From assembly GCA_963745835.1 (NCBI GenBank), contig CAVUZH010000003.1:352001-416000 (forward strand): a stretch of DNA of 64,000 bases, in the 5' to 3' direction. How positions within the stretch are numbered: position 1 is the stretch's first letter; each line of letters begins with the position of its first letter. This DNA is from an uncultured delta proteobacterium. GTDB lineage: Bacteria; Desulfobacterota; Binatia; UBA9968. A program made the position numbers and the translations under genes. The notes beneath the pieces were generated by a model. The model had not been told where the DNA came from. It made no database searches and saw nothing but the letters and a program-made list of their open reading frames with translations. This document shows, one piece after another, positions 18,268-29,034 of this stretch.

Positions 18268-19050
18268 ATGACCCGTGACAGTGAAACCTATGACATGCTG
18301 CTCAAGCTGGTTAAGACTCGCATGAGCGTGCGCAAGTTCCGCCCCGATCCGATTCCCGAAGATACCATTAACAAGATCCTTGAAGTCGCTCGCTGGGCGA
18401 TGTCCGGCGCCAACTCACAGCCTTGGGAGTTTGTCGTCGTTACCGATCCCGAGATCAAAAAACAATTACGCGACGCTTATTCCGAACACAACACGGATTT
18501 GATTTTCTGGATGGAGCAGCAGCGAGAGTACAACTTGCGCCATCCTTCTTACCAGGTGAAAAACGATCCGCACGAATCGCTGCGCTTCAACAAGGCCAAG
18601 GCTAATTGGCATCAGGCGCCGGCGGTGATCGTGGTTCTAGGCGATGGCCGGCGCCAATGGGGCACGGTGATGGGCGCGCATACGTTTGGCCGAGATCAAT
18701 CTCATCTGACAGACAGTCTCGCCAACGCGTCCTTCCTGATTCATTTAGCGGTGGCGTCTTTGGGTCTCACCTCCGAGTGGGTCTCGATCCATATTGAAGA
18801 GCCGCACAAGCGCATTCTCGGTGTCCCCGATCTGTTGAAGCTCTACCTGATCATTCCGATCGGTCATCCGGACGTTCCGGCGCGCGAAGGCGTGCGCCGG
18901 CCGATCGCGGACATAGTCCATCGCGAGCGCTACGACATGGATAAGTACATGTCCAACGAGGACGTCATCAAATATCTCTATGCCTTGCGCCAAGCGACGG
19001 TGCCGATCCATTCCGCGTCGCGCGCGGTCACGACGGACAAAAACAATTAG
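18268..19050 (+). CDS. Nitroreductase family protein, paralogue A
   Basis: RMSVRKFRPDPIP and AMSGANSQPWEFVVV FMN-binding motifs. Confidence 0.9.
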   Translation: MTRDSETYDMLLKLVKTRMSVRKFRPDPIPEDTINKILEVARWAMSGANSQPWEFVVVTDPEIKKQLRDAYSEHNTDLIFWMEQQREYNLRHPSYQVKNDPHESLRFNKAKANWHQAPAVIVVLGDGRRQWGTVMGAHTFGRDQSHLTDSLANASFLIHLAVASLGLTSEWVSIHIEEPHKRILGVPDLLKLYLIIPIGHPDVPAREGVRRPIADIVHRERYDMDKYMSNEDVIKYLYALRQATVPIHSASRAVTTDKNN

Positions 19051-20709
19051 ATGGCGCAAATTTCCGTTAATCCGATCACCGTTGAAGTCGTGCGCAACGG
19101 CCTGGCCCATATCGCTAACGAAATGGCCACCGTGCTGCGCAAAACTTCCTACAACATGATGATCTATGAGGTGCGCGACTACTGCGTCGGCATCGTCGAT
19201 CCCGAAGGCAACATCCTGTCGCAGAACTTTGGCGCGCTGCCGATCTTTCTCGCCGATTTGGGCCCAGCCATCCTCGACGGCGTGCGCATGCACGGCCGAG
19301 ACGGCTTTCAACCCGGCGATGTGCTGATCATGAATCACCCGTACGTATGCGGACAGCATTTAAATAACGTCGTGGTCTACACCCCCTTCTTTCATCAAGG
19401 GGAGCTGGTGGCTTTTTTCGCCGTGCGCGCACACTGGATCGACATCGGCGGCACACGGGTTGGATTCGGCTTCAGCGGCACGCGCGAAATCTATGAGGAG
19501 GGGCTGCAATTTCGCTCGCTAAAACTCTATCGCGGCAGTGAGCCCAATCAGGATATCTTTCAAATCATCACCGATAATGTTCGATTCGCTGAATCCTGTC
19601 TGGGCGACTTGCGCGCACAAATCGCCGCCTGCCGCATCGGCGATCGTGGCCTCGCCGACCTTGTCGATCGTTACGGCCTGGAAACCTTCTTGCGCTGCGT
19701 TGGAACCATCTGGAATCAATCTGAGGCATTGGCGCGTGAACATGTTGCGCGCATGACCCCTGGCAATTACCAAGCCGAAGCGCTGTTCGATAGCGACGGT
19801 GTGAATCTCGACCGGCCCGTGCCGCTGAAAGTAACGGTGGTCGTTGCCGGCGGTGAGATGACAATCGACTTTTCGGACATCAGCGACCAAGTGCCCGGCT
19901 CGATCAATTCCGGCCACTCGGGCGCCGTAGCCGCGGCGCGCGTAGCGTTTAAGTCGCTGGTGGCGCCGTTTTCGCCCATCGACGAGGGCTGTTTTCGCCC
20001 GCTGAAGATCGTTATCCCAGAGGGAAAGATTCTGAGCGCCACGCCGCCTTCGCCCGTGGGTAACTGGAGTCGTACGTTGCCGACGGTGATCGACTTGATT
20101 CTTAAAGCGCTGGCGCCATCGATGCCCAACAAGATCGCTGCGGGTCACAAAGGCGATATGGGCGGTTACGCCTTCTTCGGCACGAATCCGCGTACCGGGC
20201 GAAAGTTTCTCTGCCAGACGATCATGGGCGGTGGCTGGGGCGGGCGCGCTCACGAAGATGGGGAAAACGCCACGGTATCGATGTGTCAGGGCGACGTCCA
20301 GAACGCGCCAGTCGAGATGCAAGAGATTTATTATCCCGTGCTCGTCGAGCATCATAGGCTGCGCGAAGCCAGCGGCGGCAGAGGAAAATTTCGCGGCGGT
20401 TTGGGTATAGAAATTTCGGTGCGCGTGCTCTGCGACGCCTTCACCAACATCAATGTTGAGCGCCAACGCACAGCGCCGTGGGGATTATTCGGCGGCGAGA
20501 ATGGCGCGGCCGCCAAAGCGTTGGTGAAGCAGTCGCCCGAAGATCCCGGCAGCTGGCTTACAAAGAAACCGAATTATTCATTAAAGAAGGGCGGCAGCGT
20601 CACTTTCTTCACAGGCGGCGGTGGTGGTTACGGTTCTGCGAAGGAGCGGCCTTGCGATCTCGTTGAACGGGATCGCAGGCTGGGCTACGTTTCGGCAACC
20701 AAGGAGTGA
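19051..20709 (+). CDS. Hydantoinase B/oxoprolinase family subunit, paralogue A
   Basis: NPITVEVVRN, NHPYVCGQHLNN, RAHWIDIGG, SGGRGKFRGG, GGGGYG. Confidence 0.92.
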   Translation: MAQISVNPITVEVVRNGLAHIANEMATVLRKTSYNMMIYEVRDYCVGIVDPEGNILSQNFGALPIFLADLGPAILDGVRMHGRDGFQPGDVLIMNHPYVCGQHLNNVVVYTPFFHQGELVAFFAVRAHWIDIGGTRVGFGFSGTREIYEEGLQFRSLKLYRGSEPNQDIFQIITDNVRFAESCLGDLRAQIAACRIGDRGLADLVDRYGLETFLRCVGTIWNQSEALAREHVARMTPGNYQAEALFDSDGVNLDRPVPLKVTVVVAGGEMTIDFSDISDQVPGSINSGHSGAVAAARVAFKSLVAPFSPIDEGCFRPLKIVIPEGKILSATPPSPVGNWSRTLPTVIDLILKALAPSMPNKIAAGHKGDMGGYAFFGTNPRTGRKFLCQTIMGGGWGGRAHEDGENATVSMCQGDVQNAPVEMQEIYYPVLVEHHRLREASGGRGKFRGGLGIEISVRVLCDAFTNINVERQRTAPWGLFGGENGAAAKALVKQSPEDPGSWLTKKPNYSLKKGGSVTFFTGGGGGYGSAKERPCDLVERDRRLGYVSATKE

Positions 20710-20798
20710 AGTGGCGGCCTTGTCGTTTAAGCACGCGCGCTCTTTCTCCCTCGTCGGCGAAGCGGGAGGTTTGGAAAAATGCTCGATGTGAGGTGACT

Positions 20799-21908
20799 AT
20801 GGAAGGCCAGCAAGAATTCAAAAGTCGATTGGCGCGACTCCGGAAAGACATGCGCGACAAAGGCGTGGATGCTCTCTTGGTCTACGACTCCGGCCGGCAT
20901 AACTTCTTGCGCATGAACTATGTCGCCTATCTCACTGACTTCATCAGCGTCGGCCCCGAGACAATGCTCGCCGTGTCGCTTGAAGACCCACCTGTGCTTT
21001 ATCTTTCCCCGACGTGGGATATTCCACGCGCGCAAGAAGAGTCGTGGACGACCGATGTCCGGCCTTTCAGGGAGCTATGGACTCGGCTACCGAGCATAAC
21101 CGGCAAAGTCGGACTCGTTGGCCGAGAGTCGATGCACGTTGGCATGCACGATGAGATTGCGAAATCTCTCAAGCACGCGCCGCTGAACGCCAAAGACATC
21201 ATCGAAAACATGGCGCGCTCAAAGAACGCTTTCGAAATGGCGCGGCTGCGGAGAGCGGCGCAGATCGCTGATGCCGGCGTGAGCGCGCTGAACGAAGAAG
21301 CTCGGCCGGGCCTGAAGGAGTACGAATTGGCCGCTATCGTCGAATACCGCATGCGCTCGCTCGGCGCTGAAGACAATTTCGGCATGGTGGTCGCCAACAG
21401 TCACAACCAGGCACTGCATCCGCCGACGGATCGCATTGTCCAGCCGCGCGATATCATCATCGGCGAGATCACGCCCTGTATCGGCGGGTTGTTTGTGCAG
21501 ATCTGCCGTACGATGGTGCTCGGTGAGGCGGCGCCGGTGGTGAATGAAAAATACGCCATATTGAAAAAGGGTATGGTTGCGGGAATGGCCGCGGCCAAGA
21601 CCGGAGCGCCGGCCAGCGATATCGCGGCGGCGATCAACGGCACGTTTATCGAATCGGGGTATGAAGATTATTGCCGGCCGCCATTCATGCGCGTGCGCGG
21701 CCATGGACTGGGGTGCGGCTCGTCTGCGCCGGGCAACTTGGAAGACAACAATCAAACCAGACTCGAAGAGGGTATGACTTTCATTATTCACCCGAACCAG
21801 TATCTCCCAGAGACCGGTTACATGACACTCGGTGATACGGTGGTGATGACGCAGACGAAAGCCGAGCCGCTGACGCACTCGTCGTGGGACATCTTCATTA
21901 AAGACTGA
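20799..21908 (+). CDS. M24/creatinase-fold protein
   Basis: Creatinase N-domain, RPGLKEYEL, QICRT, GHGLG. Confidence 0.85.
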   Translation: MEGQQEFKSRLARLRKDMRDKGVDALLVYDSGRHNFLRMNYVAYLTDFISVGPETMLAVSLEDPPVLYLSPTWDIPRAQEESWTTDVRPFRELWTRLPSITGKVGLVGRESMHVGMHDEIAKSLKHAPLNAKDIIENMARSKNAFEMARLRRAAQIADAGVSALNEEARPGLKEYELAAIVEYRMRSLGAEDNFGMVVANSHNQALHPPTDRIVQPRDIIIGEITPCIGGLFVQICRTMVLGEAAPVVNEKYAILKKGMVAGMAAAKTGAPASDIAAAINGTFIESGYEDYCRPPFMRVRGHGLGCGSSAPGNLEDNNQTRLEEGMTFIIHPNQYLPETGYMTLGDTVVMTQTKAEPLTHSSWDIFIKD

Positions 21909-21918
21909 GACGTTATGA

Positions 21919-22003
21919 ATTTAAACGGATGGAACAAGTGGAACGGATGGAACTACTGGACCCTTTTACGCGAATGTTCCAATCGTTCGAGAGGTTCCAA
22001 CGC
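21919..22003. repeat. REP-like palindromic array of TGGAAC/GTTCCA units
   Basis: aacggatggaacaagtggaacggatggaac...gttccaatcgttcgagaggttccaa between the two M24 genes. Confidence 0.55.
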
Positions 22004-22031
22004 TTACAGAAATGTCAGACTGTGTAGGTGA

Positions 22032-23195
22032 ATGATGATCTTTGGTAGACATTCAGTCTTGAAACGAGGTTGCTCGACGTGGGACCCGAACCAAGTGCCA
22101 GCGGAAGTATTTCAGACGCGTCTTGCCGCCGTGCGCGACCAAATGGCGCGGCAGAATCTGGACGCGCTGGTGATTTATGGGGATAATTATTCTTTCGCCG
22201 ATCTCTGCTATCTGACGAATTATTTTCCCAAAGTGCGCGGCGGTATCGCGGTGGTGCCGTGGGCAGGCGCGGTTTCAATGCTGCTCAACATCGGCAGCCG
22301 TGACGTGCCGTTCGCGAAGACACTGACATGGGTGGAAGACGTACGCGCTTCGAACCAAGTCGGCGCCGATGGCGCGAAGCTTTTAAAGGAGAAGGGATTC
22401 GAAAAGGCCAAGATTGGACTGATTGATTCCGGTCAAGGCTTTCCACTGCCGCAGCTCGAGGACATGAAGACTGCCTTGCCGCAGGTCAATTGGCAAGAAT
22501 GTGCCCCGATGCTCCAACCGCTTCGGCTGGTAAAAACCGCGCAAGAGCTGGCCGCCATGCGCGAAGCGGGCCGCTTGCTACAGGATATTTGCGCCGGCGC
22601 GGAAGGGTTCACTAAATCGGGACGAAAGGAATACGAGGTTGTCGCCGACATCGATCGGTTGGCGCGCGATAAGGGCGCAGAGGACATCCGCATTCTTGCC
22701 GGAGAGAAGAGATTGCGCCCGCCAGGTTTCAAGCAGGCGAGTATTATTGGCGGACATTGGGCGATTTACTTAGCCGTGCAGCACGAGCGCTATTGGGCCG
22801 AAGCAGGACGGACTTTCATCTTGTCTGGCGGCGTCAAGCTCAAGGACGCATATCAGAAAGCTCAGGAGATCGTCGTGGCCATGGCCAAGCAACTCAAGCC
22901 GAACGGAGCGGTCGCCGCAGTCGAAGAGACTGCGCAGCGCGAGCTCGGTGAATTCTACGGCGCGGCTTCCGTGTACGGCCTGGCAAACGGCATCGGGCTG
23001 AACCAGTGGGAGGCACCGTTTCTGAGTGAAAACGACGCGCGCGAAGTCGGCGCAGCATCGGTTGGGGCAACGACGTTGAATGAAAATATGACGCTCGCGT
23101 TGCGGGTGGTCTTGGAAACCGAGGGGAAAATAATTCTTTACGGCGATAGTTTCGAAGTGACGGCGGGTGGGGCGAAGTCACTGCTCGGTGGTTGA
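22032..23195 (+). CDS. M24/creatinase-fold protein with degenerate active site
   Basis: ADLCYLTNY N-domain, EAGRT, ANGIGL in place of GHGIGL. Confidence 0.8.
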   Translation: MMIFGRHSVLKRGCSTWDPNQVPAEVFQTRLAAVRDQMARQNLDALVIYGDNYSFADLCYLTNYFPKVRGGIAVVPWAGAVSMLLNIGSRDVPFAKTLTWVEDVRASNQVGADGAKLLKEKGFEKAKIGLIDSGQGFPLPQLEDMKTALPQVNWQECAPMLQPLRLVKTAQELAAMREAGRLLQDICAGAEGFTKSGRKEYEVVADIDRLARDKGAEDIRILAGEKRLRPPGFKQASIIGGHWAIYLAVQHERYWAEAGRTFILSGGVKLKDAYQKAQEIVVAMAKQLKPNGAVAAVEETAQRELGEFYGAASVYGLANGIGLNQWEAPFLSENDAREVGAASVGATTLNENMTLALRVVLETEGKIILYGDSFEVTAGGAKSLLGG

Positions 23196-23230
23196 ATTGC
23201 ATCACGACAGAAGAGTGTCAGTTCAGGTTC

Positions 23231-23307
23231 CTTCCCTTGACGGGAAATATCAGGATGGGGTGATTGGCACCCCCGCTCTAGTTCTCCCCCGCAAGAGGGA
23301 GAGAATC
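23231..23307. repeat. REP-like stem-loop pair
   Basis: ttcccttgacgggaa...ggggtg-attgg-cacccc...ttctcccccgcaagagggagagaa. Confidence 0.55.
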
Positions 23308-23380
23308 AGCCACATGCTTTTGTGAATCGATGGCTCGGAAGGTTTGATGGTTACGGTCTCTAAAGAAAATCGCAAGGCTC

Positions 23381-25417
23381 ATGAGAATCGCAGTTGATAT
23401 AGGCGGAACGTTTACCGATCTGGTTGCCGTCGACGATGAAGGGAAAGTGTCGCGCAGCAAATCCCTGACGACGCCCGACGATCTTGCCCTCGGCATTCAG
23501 GATTGTTTACGCGGGGCAAGCATTGACGTTGCCCGCGCGATTTTTTTTGTGCATGGCTCGACCGTTACGATCAATGCCGTTCTTGAGCGTAAAGGTGCGC
23601 GCACGGGACTCATTGCCACTAAAGGGTTTCGCGATGTTTATGAGATCGGCCGGGGCAATCGACCCGAAGGCTACAATCTCTTTTTTAAGCGGCCGGTGCC
23701 GCTTGTGCCGCGCGATCTGCGCCTCGAAGTCGACGAGCGGCTCTACGCCACCGGCGAAGTTTTAAAACCGCTCGATGAGGCTTCTGCCGCACAGACGATC
23801 GCCGCGCTCAAGGCGGCGGGCGTGGAGAGCATCGCTGTCTGTTTGCTGCACGCGTACGCCAATGCGGCGCATGAACAGCGCCTTGGAGAATTGCTCCGGG
23901 AGCAGTTTCCTCAAGCCTATGTATCGCTATCGCATGAGATTCTCCGCGAGTTTCGCGAATACGAGCGCACCTCGACCACCGTGTTGAACTCGTATGTCGG
24001 ACCACTCGTCAGCCGTTATTTAGTTTCCTTGGAACGGATGCTCGGTAGCGCCGGTTTTCGTGGCACTTTTCGCGTCATGCAGTCCAACGGCGGGGTAATG
24101 TCGGCGGACACCGCGAAGAAAATGCCGGTGACGATGATGGAATCAGGCCCGGTCGCTGGTGTGATCGCGGCGGCGCAACTTGGTGAGTCGCTCGGTTGCC
24201 GCCATATCATTTCCTTCGACATGGGCGGCACGACTGCCAAATCGAGCCTTATCAAAGATTTTCATCCTGAAGTCACGAGCAGCTACTACGTCGGGGGCTA
24301 TGTCTCAGGCCATCCGATGATGTTGCCGGTGATCGATATCGTGGAAGTGGGCAACGGCGGCGGAAGCATTGCGTGGATCGATCCCGCAGGCGGTCTGAAA
24401 GTCGGACCGCAAAGCGCCGGAGCCGCTCCCGGGCCTGCGTGTTACGGCAAGGGCGGCACGAAGCCGACTGTCACCGATGCCAATCTCATCACCGGCCGCA
24501 TCGACCCGGAATATTTTCTCGGCAGCGGTGTGCGCTTGCAGCGCGATAAGGCGGTGCACGCAGTGACCGAGACAATTGCCAAGCCGCTCGGTTTGTCTCT
24601 CGAAGAAGCGGCTTTGGGAATTTTAACCATTACCAACTTCAACATGTCGCTCTCGGTCCGCGCCGTGTCGGTTGAAAAAGGCTACGACCCACGCGACTGC
24701 GTTTTGGTGCCGAGCGGCGGCGGCGGCGCGCTCCATGCGATCGCGATTGCCCGCGAATTATCCGTGCCGCGCGTGATTATACCGCCGATGCCGGCATATT
24801 TTTCCGCCCTAGGTATGCTGCTCGCCGATCTCAAGCATGATTACGTTCAGACTTACGTGCGCGAATTGGCTGAGACTACCGGGGTGCAAATCGCCGGTGC
24901 ATTCTCACTGTTAGAAGAGTCCGCTTTAAACACGTTGGCTGAGGAAGGTGCCAAGGCGGAGCAGATCGTTCTGCGCCGCTTCCTCGACATGCGTTACCGC
25001 GGACAAGAATACACATTGCCGGTGCCGATCACCGAAGATCTGCGCTCGCTTGTCGATTTCAACGGTATACGCAGCCGCTTCGATCAATTGCATCAAGAGC
25101 ATTACGGCCATTCAGCGCCCCAGGAACCGGTGATGATGGTCAATCTGCGACTTTCCGCGCTGGGTAAAACCGATGATCGCTTGCCGCTAGCCTCGACGAC
25201 AGTCGAGGCCGAACGCGGCGAGCACGGTCGTCGAGCGGTTATTTTCCAAAATAGTCCGCTCAACAGCCCGATTTACTTGCGTAACGGTCTTCGAGCGGGC
25301 GACCGCGTCGAAGGACCGGCGGTGATCGAAGAGATGGGCGCGACGATCTTGATCTATCCCGGCGACAAAATGCAGGTGAATGATTTCGGCCATCTGGTAA
25401 TTGACGTGGCCAATTGA
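23381..25417 (+). CDS. Hydantoinase A/oxoprolinase family ATP-binding subunit
   Basis: AVDIGGTFTD, ESGPVAG, FDMGGTT, VGPQSAGAAPGPACYG, DMRYRGQ. Confidence 0.95.
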   Translation: MRIAVDIGGTFTDLVAVDDEGKVSRSKSLTTPDDLALGIQDCLRGASIDVARAIFFVHGSTVTINAVLERKGARTGLIATKGFRDVYEIGRGNRPEGYNLFFKRPVPLVPRDLRLEVDERLYATGEVLKPLDEASAAQTIAALKAAGVESIAVCLLHAYANAAHEQRLGELLREQFPQAYVSLSHEILREFREYERTSTTVLNSYVGPLVSRYLVSLERMLGSAGFRGTFRVMQSNGGVMSADTAKKMPVTMMESGPVAGVIAAAQLGESLGCRHIISFDMGGTTAKSSLIKDFHPEVTSSYYVGGYVSGHPMMLPVIDIVEVGNGGGSIAWIDPAGGLKVGPQSAGAAPGPACYGKGGTKPTVTDANLITGRIDPEYFLGSGVRLQRDKAVHAVTETIAKPLGLSLEEAALGILTITNFNMSLSVRAVSVEKGYDPRDCVLVPSGGGGALHAIAIARELSVPRVIIPPMPAYFSALGMLLADLKHDYVQTYVRELAETTGVQIAGAFSLLEESALNTLAEEGAKAEQIVLRRFLDMRYRGQEYTLPVPITEDLRSLVDFNGIRSRFDQLHQEHYGHSAPQEPVMMVNLRLSALGKTDDRLPLASTTVEAERGEHGRRAVIFQNSPLNSPIYLRNGLRAGDRVEGPAVIEEMGATILIYPGDKMQVNDFGHLVIDVAN

Positions 25418-25507
25418 TTTACGTGCCTTTCCATCGAGGCTCAAATAAGCAAATGGCCAGCAGTGTATTGGCGGCGCATTTAGCCTTAATTGCGATGCTA
25501 CGAAACA

Positions 25508-26903
25508 ATGGCTGAAGAAAGTCTTAGCGAAAAAATCGCGCGTCATAATGTCGCGTTGCAATGCGATCAGCTTCCAGCCGACGTCACTGCAGCTGCGAAA
25601 CTCCACATTCTCGACTCCATCGGTTGTCTGCTCGCAGGCACGGCTCTAGAACCAGGAATGCTCGCCTACGATTTGGCGAATGCGACGAGCGGAAGCGCTT
25701 CAACCTCAACGCTTTTTGGCAGCAGCCGGCGAGTTTCCTATCTCGACGCTGTCCAAGCGATGAGCGTTGCGGCGCACTGTGGTGAAATGGACGACATTCA
25801 TGGAGGCGCAGGAACGTGTATTGGGTCAATGATTGTTCCGTCATTGCTCGCCATGGCAGAGAAATACGGCGGCACCGGAAGGAGATTTCTCGAATCCGCA
25901 GTGGCCGGATATGAGACTGTTATTCGAGTTGGGCTGTCAATTGACGCGCCCAAACTGTTCGCGCGGGGGTGGTGGCCGAGCACAATTTGCGCCGCGTTCG
26001 GGATCGCCGCGGCGGGCGCGAAGTTTTTAAACTGGTCCGCAGATCAGACCGCCAACACATTGGGCATCGCATCACTTCACAGTGGCGGTATGATTACCGG
26101 TGGGAGCGAAGGCGCCACGGCGCGTCATCTCGCTTTCGGCCATGCAGCGCAGAGCGGAGCGCTCGCGCTTTTCGCAGCGCGAGAAAGGATTTACCGGACC
26201 TAAGCGCGCATTCGAAGATACGCGCGGCTTTTGTTTGACATTGTGCAATGAACCGCGGTGGGATTATTTGCACAATTTCGGACAGTACTATTTGCCTGAG
26301 GTTGCCTTTAAACCTTATCCCTGCGCGCGCCAGCTTCACGCCGGCGTGGAGGCGTTGCTCAAGGTTATTCAGCGGCAGGCGCTGACGCCTGAGTTGATTG
26401 ACGAGATCAACCTCTCCTTGCCGACACAGAACGAAAGCATGGTGAATCGCCCATCGATCACCGCGAGTCGCGCTGCCGCTGTGGGCAGCGGGCAGTATGT
26501 GATGGCGGTAACCGTCCTTCGAGGCAAGATTGACCTGGTATCCTTCGGTGCGGAATTTTTGAACAGCGGCGCGGTGCGAAATCTGATGGCCAAAGTTAAA
26601 ATCATCGGCAGTACGGAGCTCGACCGCCATTTTCCAAAATACTGGTCAGGACGCGTGACCGTGAGGTCGGGCAGCGCAATTCATTCAGAAGAAGTGATCA
26701 TCCCCAAGGGAGAGATCGGCAATCCGATGGGCCGAGATGAAGTGGAACAGAAATTCTTATTACTCGCGACCGCGACAATGGGTGATGAAAAGGCGCGCTC
26801 AGTTGTTCGCGAAGTCGAATCGCTCGACGCGGCCAATTCTTTAGAGCCTTTACTGGGCTCCCTCAAAGCCTGCGATGATATTTCCTTTCCCGAACGACTG
26901 TGA
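25508..26903 (+). CDS. MmgE/PrpD family protein; frameshift near 26180
   Basis: ILDSIGC and HCGEMDDIH in the first frame; GFTGP, FKPYPCARQLH and PKGEIGNPM in the second. Confidence 0.88.
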
Positions 26904-26924
26904 AGGGTAGATAGGGTGATTTTC

Positions 26925-26969
26925 GGAATTTTTGAGCAGCCTGCAACACATTTTTCAGCATACTGCTAG
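26925..26969 (+). mobile_element. Partial (right end) copy of the MITE at 47387 and 60254
   Basis: tttttgagcagcctgcaa...tttttcagcatactgctag. Confidence 0.7.
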
Positions 26970-27006
26970 GTTGATTGGTTTCGTCTCTCCGGCTTTGAAC
27001 GTAACG

Positions 27007-27957
27007 CTACTTTATTCCCAGCTCGCCATTGACTTCCCGTTGCATTGAGAAATCAAAAACTGCGGAGCTCTTAATGGGCGTTTTCAAGTTCAGAAATTGC
27101 ATATCGGATTTCAAATGCTCTTCGAGCTCTTTTTCTGTGGGGATGGCGTTACGGGTGAACGCCGGGCGGCTCGAGCGATAGGTATCCAGAGCAACGGCCT
27201 GGCTCACGTTCAGGTATTTGGCGAGGATCTCAGCCGACGCGTTCTCGTTAGCGAAAAAAAACCGGTTTGCTTTAGTCATTGCGCGCAGCGTCCGTTTGAT
27301 GACGCCGGCTCTCTCCCGCAGCGTTTTTTCAGACACGATGATGCCGGAAATGAAGTTGATATATTCCTCGCTCGTCGAACCCAGCAGATTGAGCTTGTAG
27401 CGGTCGCGGGCGATGAACACGGTCGGCGGCGACAGCACCGTGATGTGGACCGGACCGGAGATTTGCGCCTGGAGTTGGGCGGGCACATCGCCCGAGACGA
27501 TGGTGGTGATCTCTTTGGCCGGGTCGATCCCGCCCTTGCGTAACATGTGATTTCCGGCGAGTTGCTGGCTGCCGCCGATTGTCGTGACCGCCATGGTCTT
27601 GCCCTTGAGGTCGCCGAAACTCTTGAGTTCCGGCCGGGTCGTGAGCCAGAAAAGCGGGCGTTGGTTGTAGACCGCCAGCACCTTCATCGGCAGACCCTGT
27701 ATGATACCGCGAATGGCCGATCCCATGATATGGATCGCCTCCACATCGCCGGCGACCGAGGCGGCGATGGCGGTGGTGCCGCGCGTGAGAATCAGCTCCG
27801 ACTCGAGCGCCTCTTCTTTGAAGAAGCCTTTGTCGACGGCGATAAAGGGCAAGATCGAAGAGATCGAGCGGCTGGCGTAGCTGATCCGGACGCGGTCGTC
27901 AGCCTGTGCGCGAAAAACGCAGCAACAGAGCAACAAGGCGCACAGAAAAAGTCTCAT
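27007..27957 (-). CDS. NitT/TauT-family ABC substrate-binding protein
   Basis: Signal peptide, DKGFFKEE, DLKGKTMAVTTIGG, GIDPAKEI. Confidence 0.9.
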   Translation of the reverse strand: MRLFLCALLLCCCVFRAQADDRVRISYASRSISSILPFIAVDKGFFKEEALESELILTRGTTAIAASVAGDVEAIHIMGSAIRGIIQGLPMKVLAVYNQRPLFWLTTRPELKSFGDLKGKTMAVTTIGGSQQLAGNHMLRKGGIDPAKEITTIVSGDVPAQLQAQISGPVHITVLSPPTVFIARDRYKLNLLGSTSEEYINFISGIIVSEKTLRERAGVIKRTLRAMTKANRFFFANENASAEILAKYLNVSQAVALDTYRSSRPAFTRNAIPTEKELEEHLKSDMQFLNLKTPIKSSAVFDFSMQREVNGELGIK

Positions 27958-28080
27958 CGGGTCCCTTTCCTTCCGGCCGCTAAAACTACGCCCCCCGTTT
28001 AACAAGCCTTAACTTGAATGGCAAGGGACGTGTAGGCTATAAGGACGTAGCTTAGCGGGCCTATAAATAGAAACATCATT

Positions 28081-28169
28081 TCACCACAGAGGCGCCGAGG
28101 TCGCGGAGTTTCGCACGATTTCTAAACAATAACCGTCCATCGCCGCGTACTCCGCGCCCCTGCGGTGAG
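28081..28169. repeat. REP-like palindrome TCACCRCAGAG...CTGCGGTGA (family shared with 62408)
   Basis: tcaccacagaggcgccgaggtcgcggag...ctccgcgcccctgcggtga. Confidence 0.6.
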
Positions 28170-28217
28170 GTCTTGTCCGATCTCCGCAACGTTTCGCTTA
28201 TTTTTGGAGGTCCAAAT

Positions 28218-29000
28218 ATGGATGCAGATTCAACTCCCGGTTATGATCTTCTTTACGATATCATTCGTCGCCGCTCGAGCGTGCGTAAGCTCAAACCCGA
28301 TCCAATTCCCGACGGTCACATCGACAAAATTCTCGAAGCCGGACGCTGGGCGATGTCCGGGGCCAACTCGCAGCCTTGGGAATACATCGTTGTCAAAGAT
28401 CCGAAGGTCAAAAAGGATCTCTTCCGCTGTTACTCGGAGGACAACACCGATTTCATTTACTGGATGGAGCAGCAGCGCGTCTTCGAGTTGCGCCACCCGG
28501 CTTATCAGATGACCGCTGACGAAGCCGTGGAGCGCCAGCGGCGCGGTGCGGGCTGGTCTGAAGCGCCGGCCTTGATCGTCGTGGTTGGCGATGGCCGTCG
28601 CCAGTGGGGCACCGTACAAGGCGCGCACACTTTTGGCCGCGATCAATCTCATCTAACCGATGGCTTGGCGAATACCTGCACGTTCATGCATCTGGCGGCG
28701 GTCTCCCTCGGTCTTGCGACCCAATGGGTGACCATTCATGTTCAGGAGCCGTTCAAGAAAGTGCTCGACGTGCCGGATTTGATGATGCTCTATCTGATCA
28801 TTCCGATCGGCTATCCCGCGGTGCAGCCTTCAGAAGGCGTGCGCCGTTCGCTCGATGAGATTGTGCACCACGATCATTACAACAAGTCGAAGTTCATGAG
28901 CAACGAACGCGTGATTCAATTTCTCTACGAGCTGCGCGGTAAGACGTTACAGACTTACCGGCAGTCGTATGTGGGAAAAGAAGAGCCAAAGAAAGGTTGA
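28218..29000 (+). CDS. Nitroreductase family protein, paralogue B
   Basis: Shares long identical blocks with 18268..19050 (RWAMSGANSQPWE, GDGRRQWGTV, GAHTFGRDQSHLTD). Confidence 0.9.
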   Translation: MDADSTPGYDLLYDIIRRRSSVRKLKPDPIPDGHIDKILEAGRWAMSGANSQPWEYIVVKDPKVKKDLFRCYSEDNTDFIYWMEQQRVFELRHPAYQMTADEAVERQRRGAGWSEAPALIVVVGDGRRQWGTVQGAHTFGRDQSHLTDGLANTCTFMHLAAVSLGLATQWVTIHVQEPFKKVLDVPDLMMLYLIIPIGYPAVQPSEGVRRSLDEIVHHDHYNKSKFMSNERVIQFLYELRGKTLQTYRQSYVGKEEPKKG

Positions 29001-29034
29001 GGGGCGAGAAGTGAGGAGTAAAAGAATAATATTT

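Noticed and set aside
18268-19050. BluB assignment for the nitroreductases
   Set aside because: No cobalamin gene context, and the motifs are only generic nitroreductase.
26170-26200. Programmed ribosomal frameshifting at the split genes
   Set aside because: No consistent slippery heptamer or downstream structure, and the affected families are not known to use recoding.
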